Positions 53,070-64,000 of a stretch of DNA of 64,000 nucleotides are shown in pieces. Below the pieces are notes generated by a model. That model did no database searches, was not told where the DNA came from, and saw only the letters and a program-made list of their open reading frames with translations. Numbering within the stretch: the stretch's first letter is position 1; every line of letters starts with the position of its first letter. The DNA lies in NCBI RefSeq assembly GCF_004010195.1, contig NC_057718.1, positions 39,041,143-39,105,142 of the forward strand, in the 5' to 3' direction. Made by a program: the position numbers and the translations under genes. This DNA is from Chiloscyllium plagiosum (taxonomy: Eukaryota).

Positions 53070-53932
53070 TGTAGTGATTGGAATAAAGGCCTGGTAGATC
53101 TCATTGAATATAAGATCCTTAATTGGGTCTGTCAGCCTGGGCCAATCAGGGAGCCCTGGCTGACGGATATAAACAGGAGACTTTACAGAATCATAAGAAA
53201 CCCTACTAATCAAGAAAAATTGCAATTCAAGAAACATCTGGAAGCTTAGAATTTGGGTTGAATATGAACACAAATAGACAAAAACAATGGTCATTTGAAG
53301 GTAGAAATGGATAGTGCTGCAATATGTAGTTATGTTTAAATATTCAGGATAAATGATAACAGAAGATGGCAGCTGTGATGTCAATGTTAAGTGAACAATA
53401 TTAGAGGTAGCCCAGAGTCAATTTTGTGAAGATGAAGAATGTGATAACAACAATAAATCTCAAGATTGTAACAAGGGAAAAAACAACTCCGTTCACTTTA
53501 GGTGATAAAGAAACAGCTGAAGATTTTGGATACCTATGAAACTTGACAATATTTTGGCAGAAAACCTGATCTCCAATACTTGCCACCATGAATTAAATTG
53601 TTGCCTAGGTATGTCCTGTCCTCAAAAAGCAGGAAAAATCTAAACTGGTCAATTCCAGTCCTATCAATCGACTCCTGATTAGGAACAAAGTGATAGAAAG
53701 GGACGTTGACAGTGCGTGGAAGTGACATTTGTTCAGCAATAACCTAAAAACAAAACAGAGACTATCAGCCCAGTCACTAGCCACAATCACGTAGGACAGT
53801 GCTGGAAAAAAGAAAGAAAAGAGAAAAAAATAAATAGACAGTCATTTTAGGGACTGGCTTTGAGCTGCCTGGTCAGAGTCCATGTACCGTGTACATGTAA
53901 ATAAAGGGCGACTGGATACCAACTTCATTTCA
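53070..53932 (+). mobile_element. Solo LTR (Gypsy-type) with 5-bp TSD, interrupted by a ~650-bp insert
   Basis: TG..CA termini; acatt at 53065-53069 and 53933-53937; ccaatc ~53142, gatataaa ~53166, aataaa ~53900. Confidence 0.8.
53205..53560 (+). mobile_element. RTE-clade LINE RT fragment inside the LTR
   Basis: FGLNMN..TKTMVI, FKYSG*MITEDGSCDVNVK*TI..AQSQF.VKMKNVITT. Confidence 0.75.
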
Positions 53933-55408
53933 ACATTGTTTTATTAAGAGAATATTGCCAACCCTGGGAAATGGTAGTTCCTTTGTTTTTTTTTTGTCAT
54001 TCTCCTTTGAGAATTAAAAAGAAAGGACTCTTTCACAATTTCAGACGGTTCACATTTCTGATGAATTCCTAATAACAAGCAATAAATCATCAATTATCTT
54101 GTTACTCCTAAGATAATATTGACAGAAATCAATCATGTTCATGTCCCAGCAAAAACAACGTTTATGTTTAAAGTGTCCCACATCACCAATGTTTCAGAAG
54201 GTAGGATCAGCAGGTGGTAGGCCAGGTATATCAGGCCACTAAATTTGACAAGATGAACCTGCCTGAAGGTCCAAGTCATGTTCTGCATTCTTAAAGATGA
54301 ATTTTAGGCTTAGCTTTTTACATGAAACACAATCTCCTTCCAAAGTTGCACTTCTGTGATGGGAAGTAGAATATAAATGTTGGTGTGGGTGGAGGAAACA
54401 AGCAGCCTCCCAGACTTAGTTACTTGTGCTGAGCCTTCCAGCTTCTGCTAGATGATGGGCTTCCTCAATGTACCCTGATTAGCTGGACATCTGCCTTTGT
54501 CATGCTAATTGAAAGACTTCCCTATCCACTTATGCCTGGATACATCCCATGTTGATCAATGGATTTTAGGTGCCACTTTAACAATGCTAGGCCTGCCCCT
54601 TTATTTAGAAGGAAATGGGCAGCCAAACTAATTCACTTTTTTTAAATCACTAAAGTGCAGTATCACCATGAACCTGATTGTTATAAATCTCTACAGGCTG
54701 TCGTTTAAAACCTTAAGCTGATTAAACTAAGCTTTATCCAGAAACACACATACAATCCCTATTGTTATTTAACATAGTAAAGTAATAAATTTAAACTTGA
54801 GAAGAAAAAATACCTCTTCACATTTTATGTTGGAGATACAATAGAGAAATAGAGGAAGTAGGTCAGAAAATGTGATTTGTTATTGATGCAAGGAATCTAG
54901 GATTCCTTCACTATCGAGGACAATTCTGCAGTAATAGGAGGATTTTGATGTGGAGGAGAGTCCAGACATTGCTCAAGTTAAGCTAATCAGATCTACTGGT
55001 AAACTCTCAGGCAAGTCATGTGCTTAAGCATACAGTTCTTTGATCTAAGTTATACAACTATAAATTGGATAAGGGAAATGGTACAGATGGAGAAATAAGG
55101 GCACGGAGGCAGGGTCAAGAAACAGGTTAATAGCAGCTGAATGTCATCGAATGCGCAAAGTGAGGAAGTTGTGAGTCTGATCACAAATTTCAACCCATCC
55201 CTCACTATTGGACAATTTCAGACCGAGATAGGAAAATACCTTAAGAGTTTAAAGCAATACTGCAAAGTGTCATGGAATAACAATACTGCAGTATGTTGTG
55301 CTGTATAGTATTAGGAATATGAAAGAAGCAATCAGACAAGGATTCAGGAATAAAAACTGGTTGTCGCCTGCTCTCAGTATGCACAAAGTTTGAGAGTCTT
55401 GAGACTAT

Positions 55409-55746
55409 TGGGTAACATGTTGGCTCAGTGGTTAGTACTGCTACCTCACAGCACCAGAGACCTGGATTTGATTCCAACCTCAGGTGACCGTGTGGAGTTT
55501 GCACATTCTCCCCGTGTTGGCATAGGTTTCCTGTGGATGTTCTAGTTTTCTCCCACAGTCCAAAAATGTGCATGTTAGGGTGATTGGGCATGCTAAATTG
55601 TCCAGAGATGTGCAGGCTAGTTGGATTAACCATGGTGAATGCAGGTTGACAGGGTAGGAGTTAGGGTCTGGGTGGGATGATCTTCAAAAGGTTAGTGTGG
55701 ACTGATGGGCTGAATGGCCTACTTTCATACTGTAGGGTTTCTATGA
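55409..55746 (+). mobile_element. HE1-like V-SINE
   Basis: tggctcagtggttag A-box, V-domain, tail ctgtagggtttctatga. Confidence 0.92.
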
Positions 55747-55863
55747 TTTTCACCTGAAATTGGGATAATGAGGATTCTGTTTGTTTTCAATAGGAGATCA
55801 TTGGTTATTTCACAACATCCAACAAAATGGCGCTGATTCCAATAGGAATTGGGTCATAAGCAC

Positions 55864-56177
55864 GGGCGGCACGGTGGCACAGTGGTGAGCACTGCTGCCT
55901 CACAGCGCTAGAGACCCAGGTTCAATTCCCGCCTCAGGCGACTGACTGTGTGGAGTTTGCACGTTCTCCTCGTGTCTGTGTGGGTTTCCTCCGGGTGCTC
56001 CAGTTTCCTCCCACAGTCACAAAGATGTGCAGGTCAGGTGAATTGGCCATGCTAAATTGCCCGTAGTGTTAGGTAAGGGGTAAATGTAGGGATATGGGTG
56101 GGTTGCGCTTCGGCGGGTCGGCCTGGACTTGTTGGCTGAAGGGCCTGTTTCCACACTGTAAGTAACCTAATCTAATC
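55864..56177 (+). mobile_element. Young HE1-like V-SINE with intact Pol III boxes
   Basis: A-box tggcacagtgg 55875-55885, B-box gttcaattc 55920-55928, V-domain, taatc tail. Confidence 0.95.
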
Positions 56178-56304
56178 ACTGTGCCTGTTTCCACGCAAAG
56201 TGAGAGATGAAATTGCCCCAGAATGAGTCAAATTTTCTAGCAAGAGCAAGGAATGTTCATACATACATAGGAAATGCTCTGTCTTAATGCACAGTACATA
56301 GCAT

Positions 56305-56656
56305 CGAATATAGAATCCCTACAGTATGGAAACAGACCATTCAGCCCATCCAGTCCACACCAGTCCTATGAAGAGCATCCCACTCAGACCCATCACCCTA
56401 TCCTATCCTTGGACTCTGCATTTACCATGGCTAATGCACCTAACCTACACATCCCTGAACACTATGTGTAATTTATCATGGCCAATCCGTCTCACTTGCA
56501 CATTTTTGGACTGTGGGAGGAAACGAGCACCCAGCAGAAACCCATGCAGACATGGAGAGAAGGTACAAACACCACACAGTCAGCCAAGGATAGAATTGAA
56601 CCCACGTCCCTGGCGCTGTGAGACAGCAGTGCTAACTACTGAGCCGCTATGCTGCC
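56305..56656 (-). mobile_element. HE1-like V-SINE
   Basis: tagaatccctacagtatggaaacag tail; V-domain; head cagcagtgctaactactgagccg. Confidence 0.92.
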
Positions 56657-57871
56657 TGACAATAGTTCAAGATTACACATATCTACCCAACAAGCAAACA
56701 AGTCATTAATATTGGCAAAGTCTAGTTTGGCTGAATTGTTTGAAGGGAAAGAGCAGATGGATGGCAGGCTTCTGGGAAGAAAGCTGCATACATTTCATGC
56801 ATGCCAGCTGACACCTCTGGTTAATCTTTTCATTTAAATCCAGAAGAGAGATAATGAAGCCTACACCTAAACAGGGATATTCATTAAACAGGATGAGCGA
56901 ATGGTAATGTTTACCATTGATGGAAACATCCAAGCATGTCTTTTGCTAGGTATTTGTTTTAGTATTCCCTAAATGCTGTTTTTGAATATGTTTACCTATT
57001 GTGCTTAAGACCATGAATTATGATCTGTATCCTTTATGAAACAGCAGAAATAAAACACTATATAGTGTCTTTTATGTCAGTTGAATGCTTCAGAGTCTAA
57101 GTGAATGGATGGACTGTTGTGCTACCAGAGGTGGTGAGATTGGAGGCAGTAAGGGCACTTAATTAGATGTGGATGGTGGCACATACAGCTCCTAACACCT
57201 TTCCACATACACCAGTTCTGGGTGGTGAGGTCCATGGTTAACCTTGCGACCCCAGTGCCAACTGAGGCCCCAAGTGGCTAAGTAAGGACCATGAAAGTCT
57301 CAGCCCACTGCTGCTGATATTAACCCAGTGGTAAGTAGGCATGCTGCCCTGTGGAGTGCCTGATAGGTCAATCTGTGCAAGTAACCTGACACCACCTGTG
57401 ATTACTGTGATCTCACAAACGAAGGCAATCACTGTCTGATTGCGGGAATGACCAACTGCGGGGAGGCAGCTGTTGGGAACCACTTCACTACTCTTGCTTC
57501 TGAGCCTCCTGCCTACCTCTACCCATTATGAACCACCCTTGTTTCTCAATATTACTTGAGACCTTGCTGCACAGATACTGCATGCTGCTGAATATGACCT
57601 TAAAATAATGACTAACCTTCAAAAGTACTATAGTTGTCAGAGTTTTGAGACATCTTTGGTTGTAAAAAGTTTTATATATTGCAAATTATTTATTTCTTAA
57701 TGGAATTTTGGAAAATTATAAAGTCATAGAATCAGACTTATTATGGCGCAGAAAGAAGCCATTCAGCCCATCTAATCCATACAAGATGAGGGCATGCCGA
57801 GAAATCTCACTGGGACTTGGAGTGAGATTCTCTCCAAAAACTGGTCAAAAAAACCCGAAGATTCAGCCCAT

Positions 57872-58839
57872 TGTCATAATCAGGGTTGTAGAGAGTTCTA
57901 AATGTTAGGCAGGGCTAATGTTCCTGTGCAGCTAAAAACAATTAATTTTTGAGTTCTTTATAGCTGGAATGCTCAGGTAATTCCTTAGAACAGTTGAATA
58001 ATCCTGTATAGCTGGGCTCAAAGAGCCAGAGAAGTAAACTCTATGCAGAAAAGAACTGTCAAGTTTATGGTACCAAAAATTCAACAAAATTACAGAGTTT
58101 GTGAACCTGGGGACTCGTGTGTGAAGTCAGGAGCAGCTGGTTCTCTGTTATTAGAACTTGTGCCTCTAGAAAATCCTAGAAGCTGTTGGGGCTCAGAAGA
58201 AGCCATGTAACCATTAATAGTTGAGTGCAACATTGAAGAGCAGTACTTGGCTTGTATAATTGAACAAAATTAGTTTCAAGAAAGATAATCATGGAGAAGT
58301 TAGATTTTATGAAACGTTGGAGTTGTGCTAATAATTAAGTACTGGAATGCCACTTCCAAGAATCTGAGAGTGGAGACCCAGGAAAGGGAAATGGAGCATC
58401 GGAATGTGAGCAGTCATCAAGGAAGTCTATGACAGAGAAGCTCTTGAGGGAGTTTCAAGGCCACATCTCTAGAGTGAAGCTCTATAATCTCTTGCTATAT
58501 TTTAACTGGGATTAGGGGTCATTCTTTTATGTAATGTTCAAATATTTGTCTGACATTCATATTGTCCTCATGTTTAGTTTGGGATGTCACAAAATCAATC
58601 TTATACACAGTTTAACCCTCTTCTTTTGTTAATAACTTTTTGTTAATAACCTTGGCATGTTTGTTTAAGTCATTTTAGGAGCAAACCATTTATTTGTTGG
58701 TGTTTATTCTGAACCTGACATAGTCTCAGACTTAGACAATTGGCATTATTACCAACCAAATTAAAATTAAAATATGTTATGACTAATGGAGGATTGGGAC
58801 TAGAAAAGAATTGGTGTCCCTTAAACCTAAGTCATAACA
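57872..58839 (+). mobile_element. Probable solo LTR
   Basis: tgtcataa..tcataaca imperfect inverted termini; TSD not evident. Confidence 0.45.
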
Positions 58840-59245
58840 AGACCCATCAATCAGGTTTTTTTAAAAATAGACAACAAAGTTATTGTCTTACTATAACCAA
58901 GATTTAGTCAGCAAAGATGTAAAGCTATGGTAGTTAACACATAGTTTGACAATGTAGATTAAAAAAGAGATTTTCTCTGCAATATTGACTTTGTAAAAAA
59001 ACAACTTAGTCAATGGCAGTTGGTTCTCAAACAAAACAGATTAACGAATGAAATGTTCAAGATGGCTTTCAGTTGGCATCCTGGCATATGTAGGCTGGGT
59101 GTTGTCTTTGAAGACACAGTTTGCTCAGGAATTGTTGAAAACTCTTTCAGATGCTTTTCAGGAAACCGATGAAGCAGCACTTCCATTCTCACAGTGAACT
59201 CACAACAAGGCTTTCTGAGGAAGTGGGAGGCTGAACTGAATAGCA

Positions 59246-59269
59246 TCTCTCTCTCTCTCTCTCTCTCTC
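59246..59269. repeat. (TC)12 microsatellite
   Basis: Direct reading. Confidence 0.95.
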
Positions 59270-59529
59270 AGCAAACTGGGTCTCAAGTGAAACCAAACAA
59301 TCTACAAACCAAAAATGGCCATAAAGCCAGGCAGGTGGTTTCTAGCAAATTAACCCAAGCAATTAGCTTAAGTAATGAGATTTTGAAGACATGTCTTTTA
59401 AAATAAGTGTCCCAATGTTTCTTAAATGCCTTTTCAGTGACTTCTTTTTTAAACAGTCACACTTTCTCCACAAAAGTTCAAATGAACCATTGTCCATAAT
59501 CCTTAAAATACAAATTCTCAATAGGATTT

Positions 59530-59830
59530 TAATAATGAAATATCTTCACAACTCTTCTCTGCTTTTGTCCTCAATATTTCTATTTATGAAGCCTAAGATC
59601 ATATATGCTTTATTAATTTCTTTCTCAATATGTTTTGCTCTCCAAAGAGCTGTGGACATGAATGCATAGGTGCCCCTCATCGTTCCCCAGGACAAGTCAG
59701 ATTCCCGAATGAAAACTGGTTTCCTCTTCACTATCTCTCTCACCTTATAGTATTCAACCTGGATCTTGCTTGAAAATTTCACCAGATATGCAAGATGCAC
59801 TTTTTTAGCATTTCATCATATTCTGCCTCA
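59530..59830 (-). mobile_element. Old CR1 fragment
   Basis: INKAYMILGFINRNIEDKSREE in ORF 59546-59800. Confidence 0.75.
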
Positions 59831-60377
59831 CTCTCATCATCAAATGAACCTTAGCTTTGGTTCTCCTACATTTTCCGCTTCCTTGAATGTACCTACTCTG
59901 CAAGCATCTCTTCCTCAAAGACTAAAGACAGTTCTGTTACAGAATTTTAGTCAGTCTTCTGTCCCATTTTAGATCCCTTCTCTTACCAATTTAAAAGTTA
60001 CATGTTAGCGTGTTCCTTGTTCTTCTCCATCCAGCAATAATTAGAACCTTAGCATGAGTCTTCAAACACTTAATTATGCAGTGCCTGCAAATTAATACAT
60101 TTAAAAAGTGCCGCACTTGGGAGTGAGATTTATATTCATAAATACTAAATGGTACAATGTGATTCTGACTCATAGCAACAATGTTCATCATAGTTCTACC
60201 AGCTTTGTCAGGGAAGCAAAATGCCTGAGCTAATCTCTTGTGGATTTAAACAATTAACCAGAAGAAAGAGCTTGTATTTTCTTGGAGACTTTTGTGCTTC
60301 TGAGTGAATTAAATACTTCTGAAATGTCACTGTTATAATGCAGGTAAACTTGAGTGCCAGTCTACACACAGCACGGT

Positions 60378-60772
60378 CATAGAGCCATAGAGATGTACAG
60401 CATGGACACAGACCCTTCGGTCCAACCCGTCCATGCTGACGAGATATCCCAACCCAATCTAGTCCCACCTGCCAGCACCTGGCCCATATCCCTCCAAACC
60501 CTTCCTATTCATATACCCATCCAAATCCCTCTTAAATGTTGCAATTATACCAGCCTCCACCACTTCCTCTGGCAGCTCATTCCATGCACGTACCACCTTC
60601 TGTGTGTAGGTCTCTTTTATATCTTGCCCCTCTCACCTTAAACCTGTGCCCTCTAGTTCTGGACTCCCCGACCCCAGGGAAAAGACTTTGCCTATTTACC
60701 CTATCCATGCCCCTCATAATTTTATAAACCTCTATAAGGTCACCCTTCAGCCTCCGATGCTCCAGGGAAAAC
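60378..60772 (-). mobile_element. CR1 (HER1-like) 3' end
   Basis: FSLEHRRLKGDLIEVYKIMRGMDRVN..SRTRGHRFKVRG; tail catagagccatagag. Confidence 0.95.
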
Positions 60773-60829
60773 ATGTTAAGAATGTTCAGGTTACTGACTG
60801 TTTTTCTGGGCTTTCCACAACTGTGCACC

Positions 60830-61115
60830 AACGTCACGACTCAGTGGTAGAAACTTCACAAAAATATCCTCTCAGAATATGAAGGATAAACATTGACTAG
60901 GACATCAAAATAAATCACTCACTTTTCTTCATATGACGCCATAGTTTCTATTATGCCTTCTAAGAATGGTTTTAGTTTAATAACTCTTCTGAAAAATAAC
61001 TCTAATGCACCACCTATGTTACACTGCATTGAATAATCAGCTCAAGTCTGTGAAATGGGGAAAACCCACACATTTTGATTCAGCGTTAATATTGGTAATA
61101 TGAGTTAAGATTGAT
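60830..61115 (-). mobile_element. Possible decayed DeuSINE (SacSINE1-like)
   Basis: ggataaacattgactaggaca..ctcaagtctgtgaaatgggg resembles the reversed Deu-domain and head. Confidence 0.4.
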
Positions 61116-62704
61116 ACTTCTGAAGCAACATACCTGTTATGTATCTGGTCCAACACAAACTAGAGCAGTTGCCCAATCTTTAGAGTGTGATTAGTTATGC
61201 TTATTTGGACCTAAACTGAATAGTATCCCTTTGGGGAAAAATATAAACAGAATTAGAAAACCTTATACGGAGAAATGGTTTTATGAAGAAATGCAAGCAC
61301 ACTCAAACACATTGAGCTGACAGACACACAATAAGAAAGCCAGGTAACTATTACAAAAGATGTTTCTTGGTGGAGAAACTCAAAGTGCACATGAATGCTT
61401 CAAAAACTTCAAAAGAAAGCAGAAGAAAACTGTGATTTTCTTTCTTCTTCTGACTTTGTGATGTCATGTTTGCCAAAAAAGATGCTTAACCCATGGTTTA
61501 TATGAGCTGTAGAAGTTGACAGTCTTTTTTACAACATGAGTCATTTAATAATTCACAATAAGCACTGTGCACTGAGTAGGAATAAACAGCAAACATGGAA
61601 CATGAAGGAAATATAGGTGACATTGACTTACTTTGCATATGACCCCAAAGAAAAATATTATTTTGAGAAAATATATAGTCAAAGTAAATTCTACAGAAAA
61701 AGATATCAACAACAATTTGCAATGTTTCTATGCCCCCTCAGTGTTTTGTAACCAAAAATAAATTGTAGTTTAACAGGAACTGTTAGAATGCAAGCTGATT
61801 TTAAGTCATATCCCGAGTGAAATGTGGCTAGGTAGACCATAAATTTTAATTTTAATATTTACCATGGTGGTCAGTCACTGAATATATTTCCAAGATGGGC
61901 TTTTAAGGATAGCTAATCAGTATCTCTGCCTGGATGCAAAGTCCATGTGGGTATTGCCATGGTGATGTCTTGAGATGGTAAAGATACAGAAGAAGCCATT
62001 AATGATATTAGATGACAGATTTTTCTCACCTATCACTGAATATTACAGACCAATTAGTCTGCCAGGGTTTAGGAAAGGAAGAGCAACTGTAGGCAACAAG
62101 ACACTGCAGTTTACCCGTTTACATCTGGGAGCTCGCTGTCAGATTTGAAATATCACATTCATGCAGAGTTAAAATGAGGCTTAAAGATTTGTCTAGCTTT
62201 AGCTAACGAGAGAAATCTCCAGGAAAACTTGAACTGTGAGAGACACTTCACAGTTAGAAATTATAAAATTGTGAAAGGAAAAGAATAAAAGTAAATTCTC
62301 CGGAACAAAGTATCATTTTGGACTGAGTTTGGGAGAATTGAATATCTACTTAAAGGACAGTGTAAAGTATACCTACAAAGTGTGTTTTTCCAGTTGTGTT
62401 AAAAATTCTCTTCTGCAGCTTATCACATTGGTTGCCTTCAAAAATAGTGATTATTCAATAGTTGCTTTAGTTTGTCCCAAAAACATCTTAAAACATGAAA
62501 CGGTGTGTCATGAACCTGGGACATTCAAATATAGTTTTAAAAAGTTATTGGTCTGTATAGGGATCATGCCACTTGGCCCTAAAGTTTGGCATTTCTTTCC
62601 TAGATCTCTTGCTTCTCTTGTCCTTTAAACCTACTTCTTTGACCAAGGTTTTCGTCACCTGTTCTAGTATCTTGTTAAGTAGCTCGATGTCGGGGGAGGG
62701 ATCT

Positions 62705-62716
62705 AAGATGGCGGCG
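62705..62716 (+). promoter_or_regulatory. YY1-type site at the L1 5' end
   Basis: aagatggcggcg, 13 nt after the G-run start, positioned like the YY1 site of mammalian L1 (GGGGGAGGAGCCAAGATGGCC). Confidence 0.7.
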
Positions 62717-62878
62717 ATCTGAGAAGATCACACTGCAGAGCTTCATATCGCAGCAGGAGCAGGACGGTCCTTTAACCACCCAACCCAGGTCATCAGGATT
62801 TCTTGGGGCGTTGGAAAGATTGTGGAGCCCCAAGAAAAATTTAAAAATTGACTTACCTGTATTTTCAGCTGTCCAGAA

Positions 62879-63670
62879 ATGCCTAAAAAGGGAGGAGGAG
62901 CATCTGAGGCCGGGCCTGCAGCTCAGCCTGCAGCAGCCTCGGAGCCAATTACTCTCCAGAACCTGGTAAACCAGCTCTCGAAATCTCGCGAGATGTTGGG
63001 GAAACAGATTGAAGAGAAGCTGGCTCCAGTCTTTCTCATGCTGCAGAAGCATGAGCAGCAGCTGGGAGACCTAGAGAAGAGGTGGAGCACAGGGTCACAG
63101 TGGTGGAAGCTGATACCAGTTCATTCAAGGAAGAGATCCAAGCCCTGAAGATACAGTTCGTAATTTGCGTGACCAAGTGGATGATCTTGAAAACAGTGGC
63201 AGGAGAAAAAACATTCGGATCATTCGTCTGCCCGAGGGTAAGGAAGGTGAGCGGCCTGCGGGATTTGTTGAAGATTGGCTTCCGAAATTCCTTGACTTGG
63301 AGACTGACATGAGAGGATTGAAGATAGCCAGGGCTCACCAGGTTGCAGCGTGGAGGTCGGGTCTGGGTCAAAGCCCTCGTCCTTTCCTGGTGCAGTTCCA
63401 TCATTACCAGGATAAGGAGAGAGTCATGGGAGGCTTCCAGACTTCAGGGGAAGGATCCAAAGGTCCTAATTTACGAGGGGTCTAAGATCATGTTTTTTCA
63501 GGACTTTTCAGCGGCGGTGATCCAGAAACGAAAATCGTATGGTGGTGTCAAGAGAAGATTGAAGGAGCTTGGGATTCAGTACTCCCTGAGATATCCGGCA
63601 GTGCTTCGGATCACCTTAGGTGGATCCATGCATCTCTTTGACACATCGGAGAAGGCAAGAGACTTTCAAA
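62879..63670 (+). pseudogene. L1 ORF1p (coiled coil, RRM, CTD) with three frameshifts
   Basis: DDLENSGRRKNIRIIRLPEGKEG, IARAHQV, PRPFLVQFHHYQDKERVM, IMFFQDFSAAVIQKRK, YSLRYPAVLRIT; frame changes at ~63080, ~63156, ~63428. Confidence 0.93.
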
Positions 63671-64000
63671 GGATGGGTGGGGTATTTATTCCCTTTTTTT
63701 TAATGAAAGAATTTTTTTTATTAATATTAATATTCTATGGGGTGTTTATTCTTTTTAGCTTGTGCTTGTGATGCGGCTCTAGCTGGGAGAAGTGAAGGTG
63801 GTTGAGATGGTTAGATGCCTATTTATGGGCAGTTTGGGATGGGTAGTTGCCCCCTCTGGGCAGGGGATGAGTTCCCCTACTCAGCGCTATTGGCGCTTTA
63901 TATGGTGGTTTGTTTTCTGGTTTTTGTTGTGTTTTATTTTTAATAATTTTGTATGTTTGTTAAATGTAGTGGTTTTAGTTTATGTAGTTTTTATATTTGG

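Larger units (their letters stand above)
62692..64000 (+). mobile_element. 5' portion of an L1-clade LINE (5' UTR, ORF1, T-rich inter-ORF spacer), continuing past the window end
   Basis: Starts gggggagggatctaagatggcggcg; ORF1 motifs present; inserted into an L2-like tail. Confidence 0.9.

Noticed and set aside
55864..55940. tRNA gene
   Set aside because: A and B boxes continue into the V-domain and LINE tail, so this is a SINE head

Overview
Eukaryotic (vertebrate) genomic DNA, AT-rich and very repeat-dense, so almost all six-frame ORFs are spurious or transposon-derived. The HE1/V-SINE copies and the matching CR1 (HER1-like) LINE tails point to an elasmobranch, probably a carpet or bamboo shark (inference). 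I could not identify an intact host gene; there are only a few weak candidate exons, so this looks like a large intron or intergenic region. Contents: many CR1 and CR1/L2-group LINE fragments; eight or more V-SINEs; several Penelope-like elements (PLEs), including short fold-back copies with target-site duplications (TSDs) and hammerhead-ribozyme cores; nested Tigger-like MITEs; a SCAN/protease Gypsy fragment; solo LTRs, one carrying a polyadenylated chimeric insert; a REX1-like element; and the 5' end of an L1 with a YY1-type start motif, a frameshifted ORF1 and an ORF0-like antisense ORF with a splice donor. Repeat family names come from recognised motifs, not database searches, and boundaries are approximate unless TSDs or TIRs are quoted.
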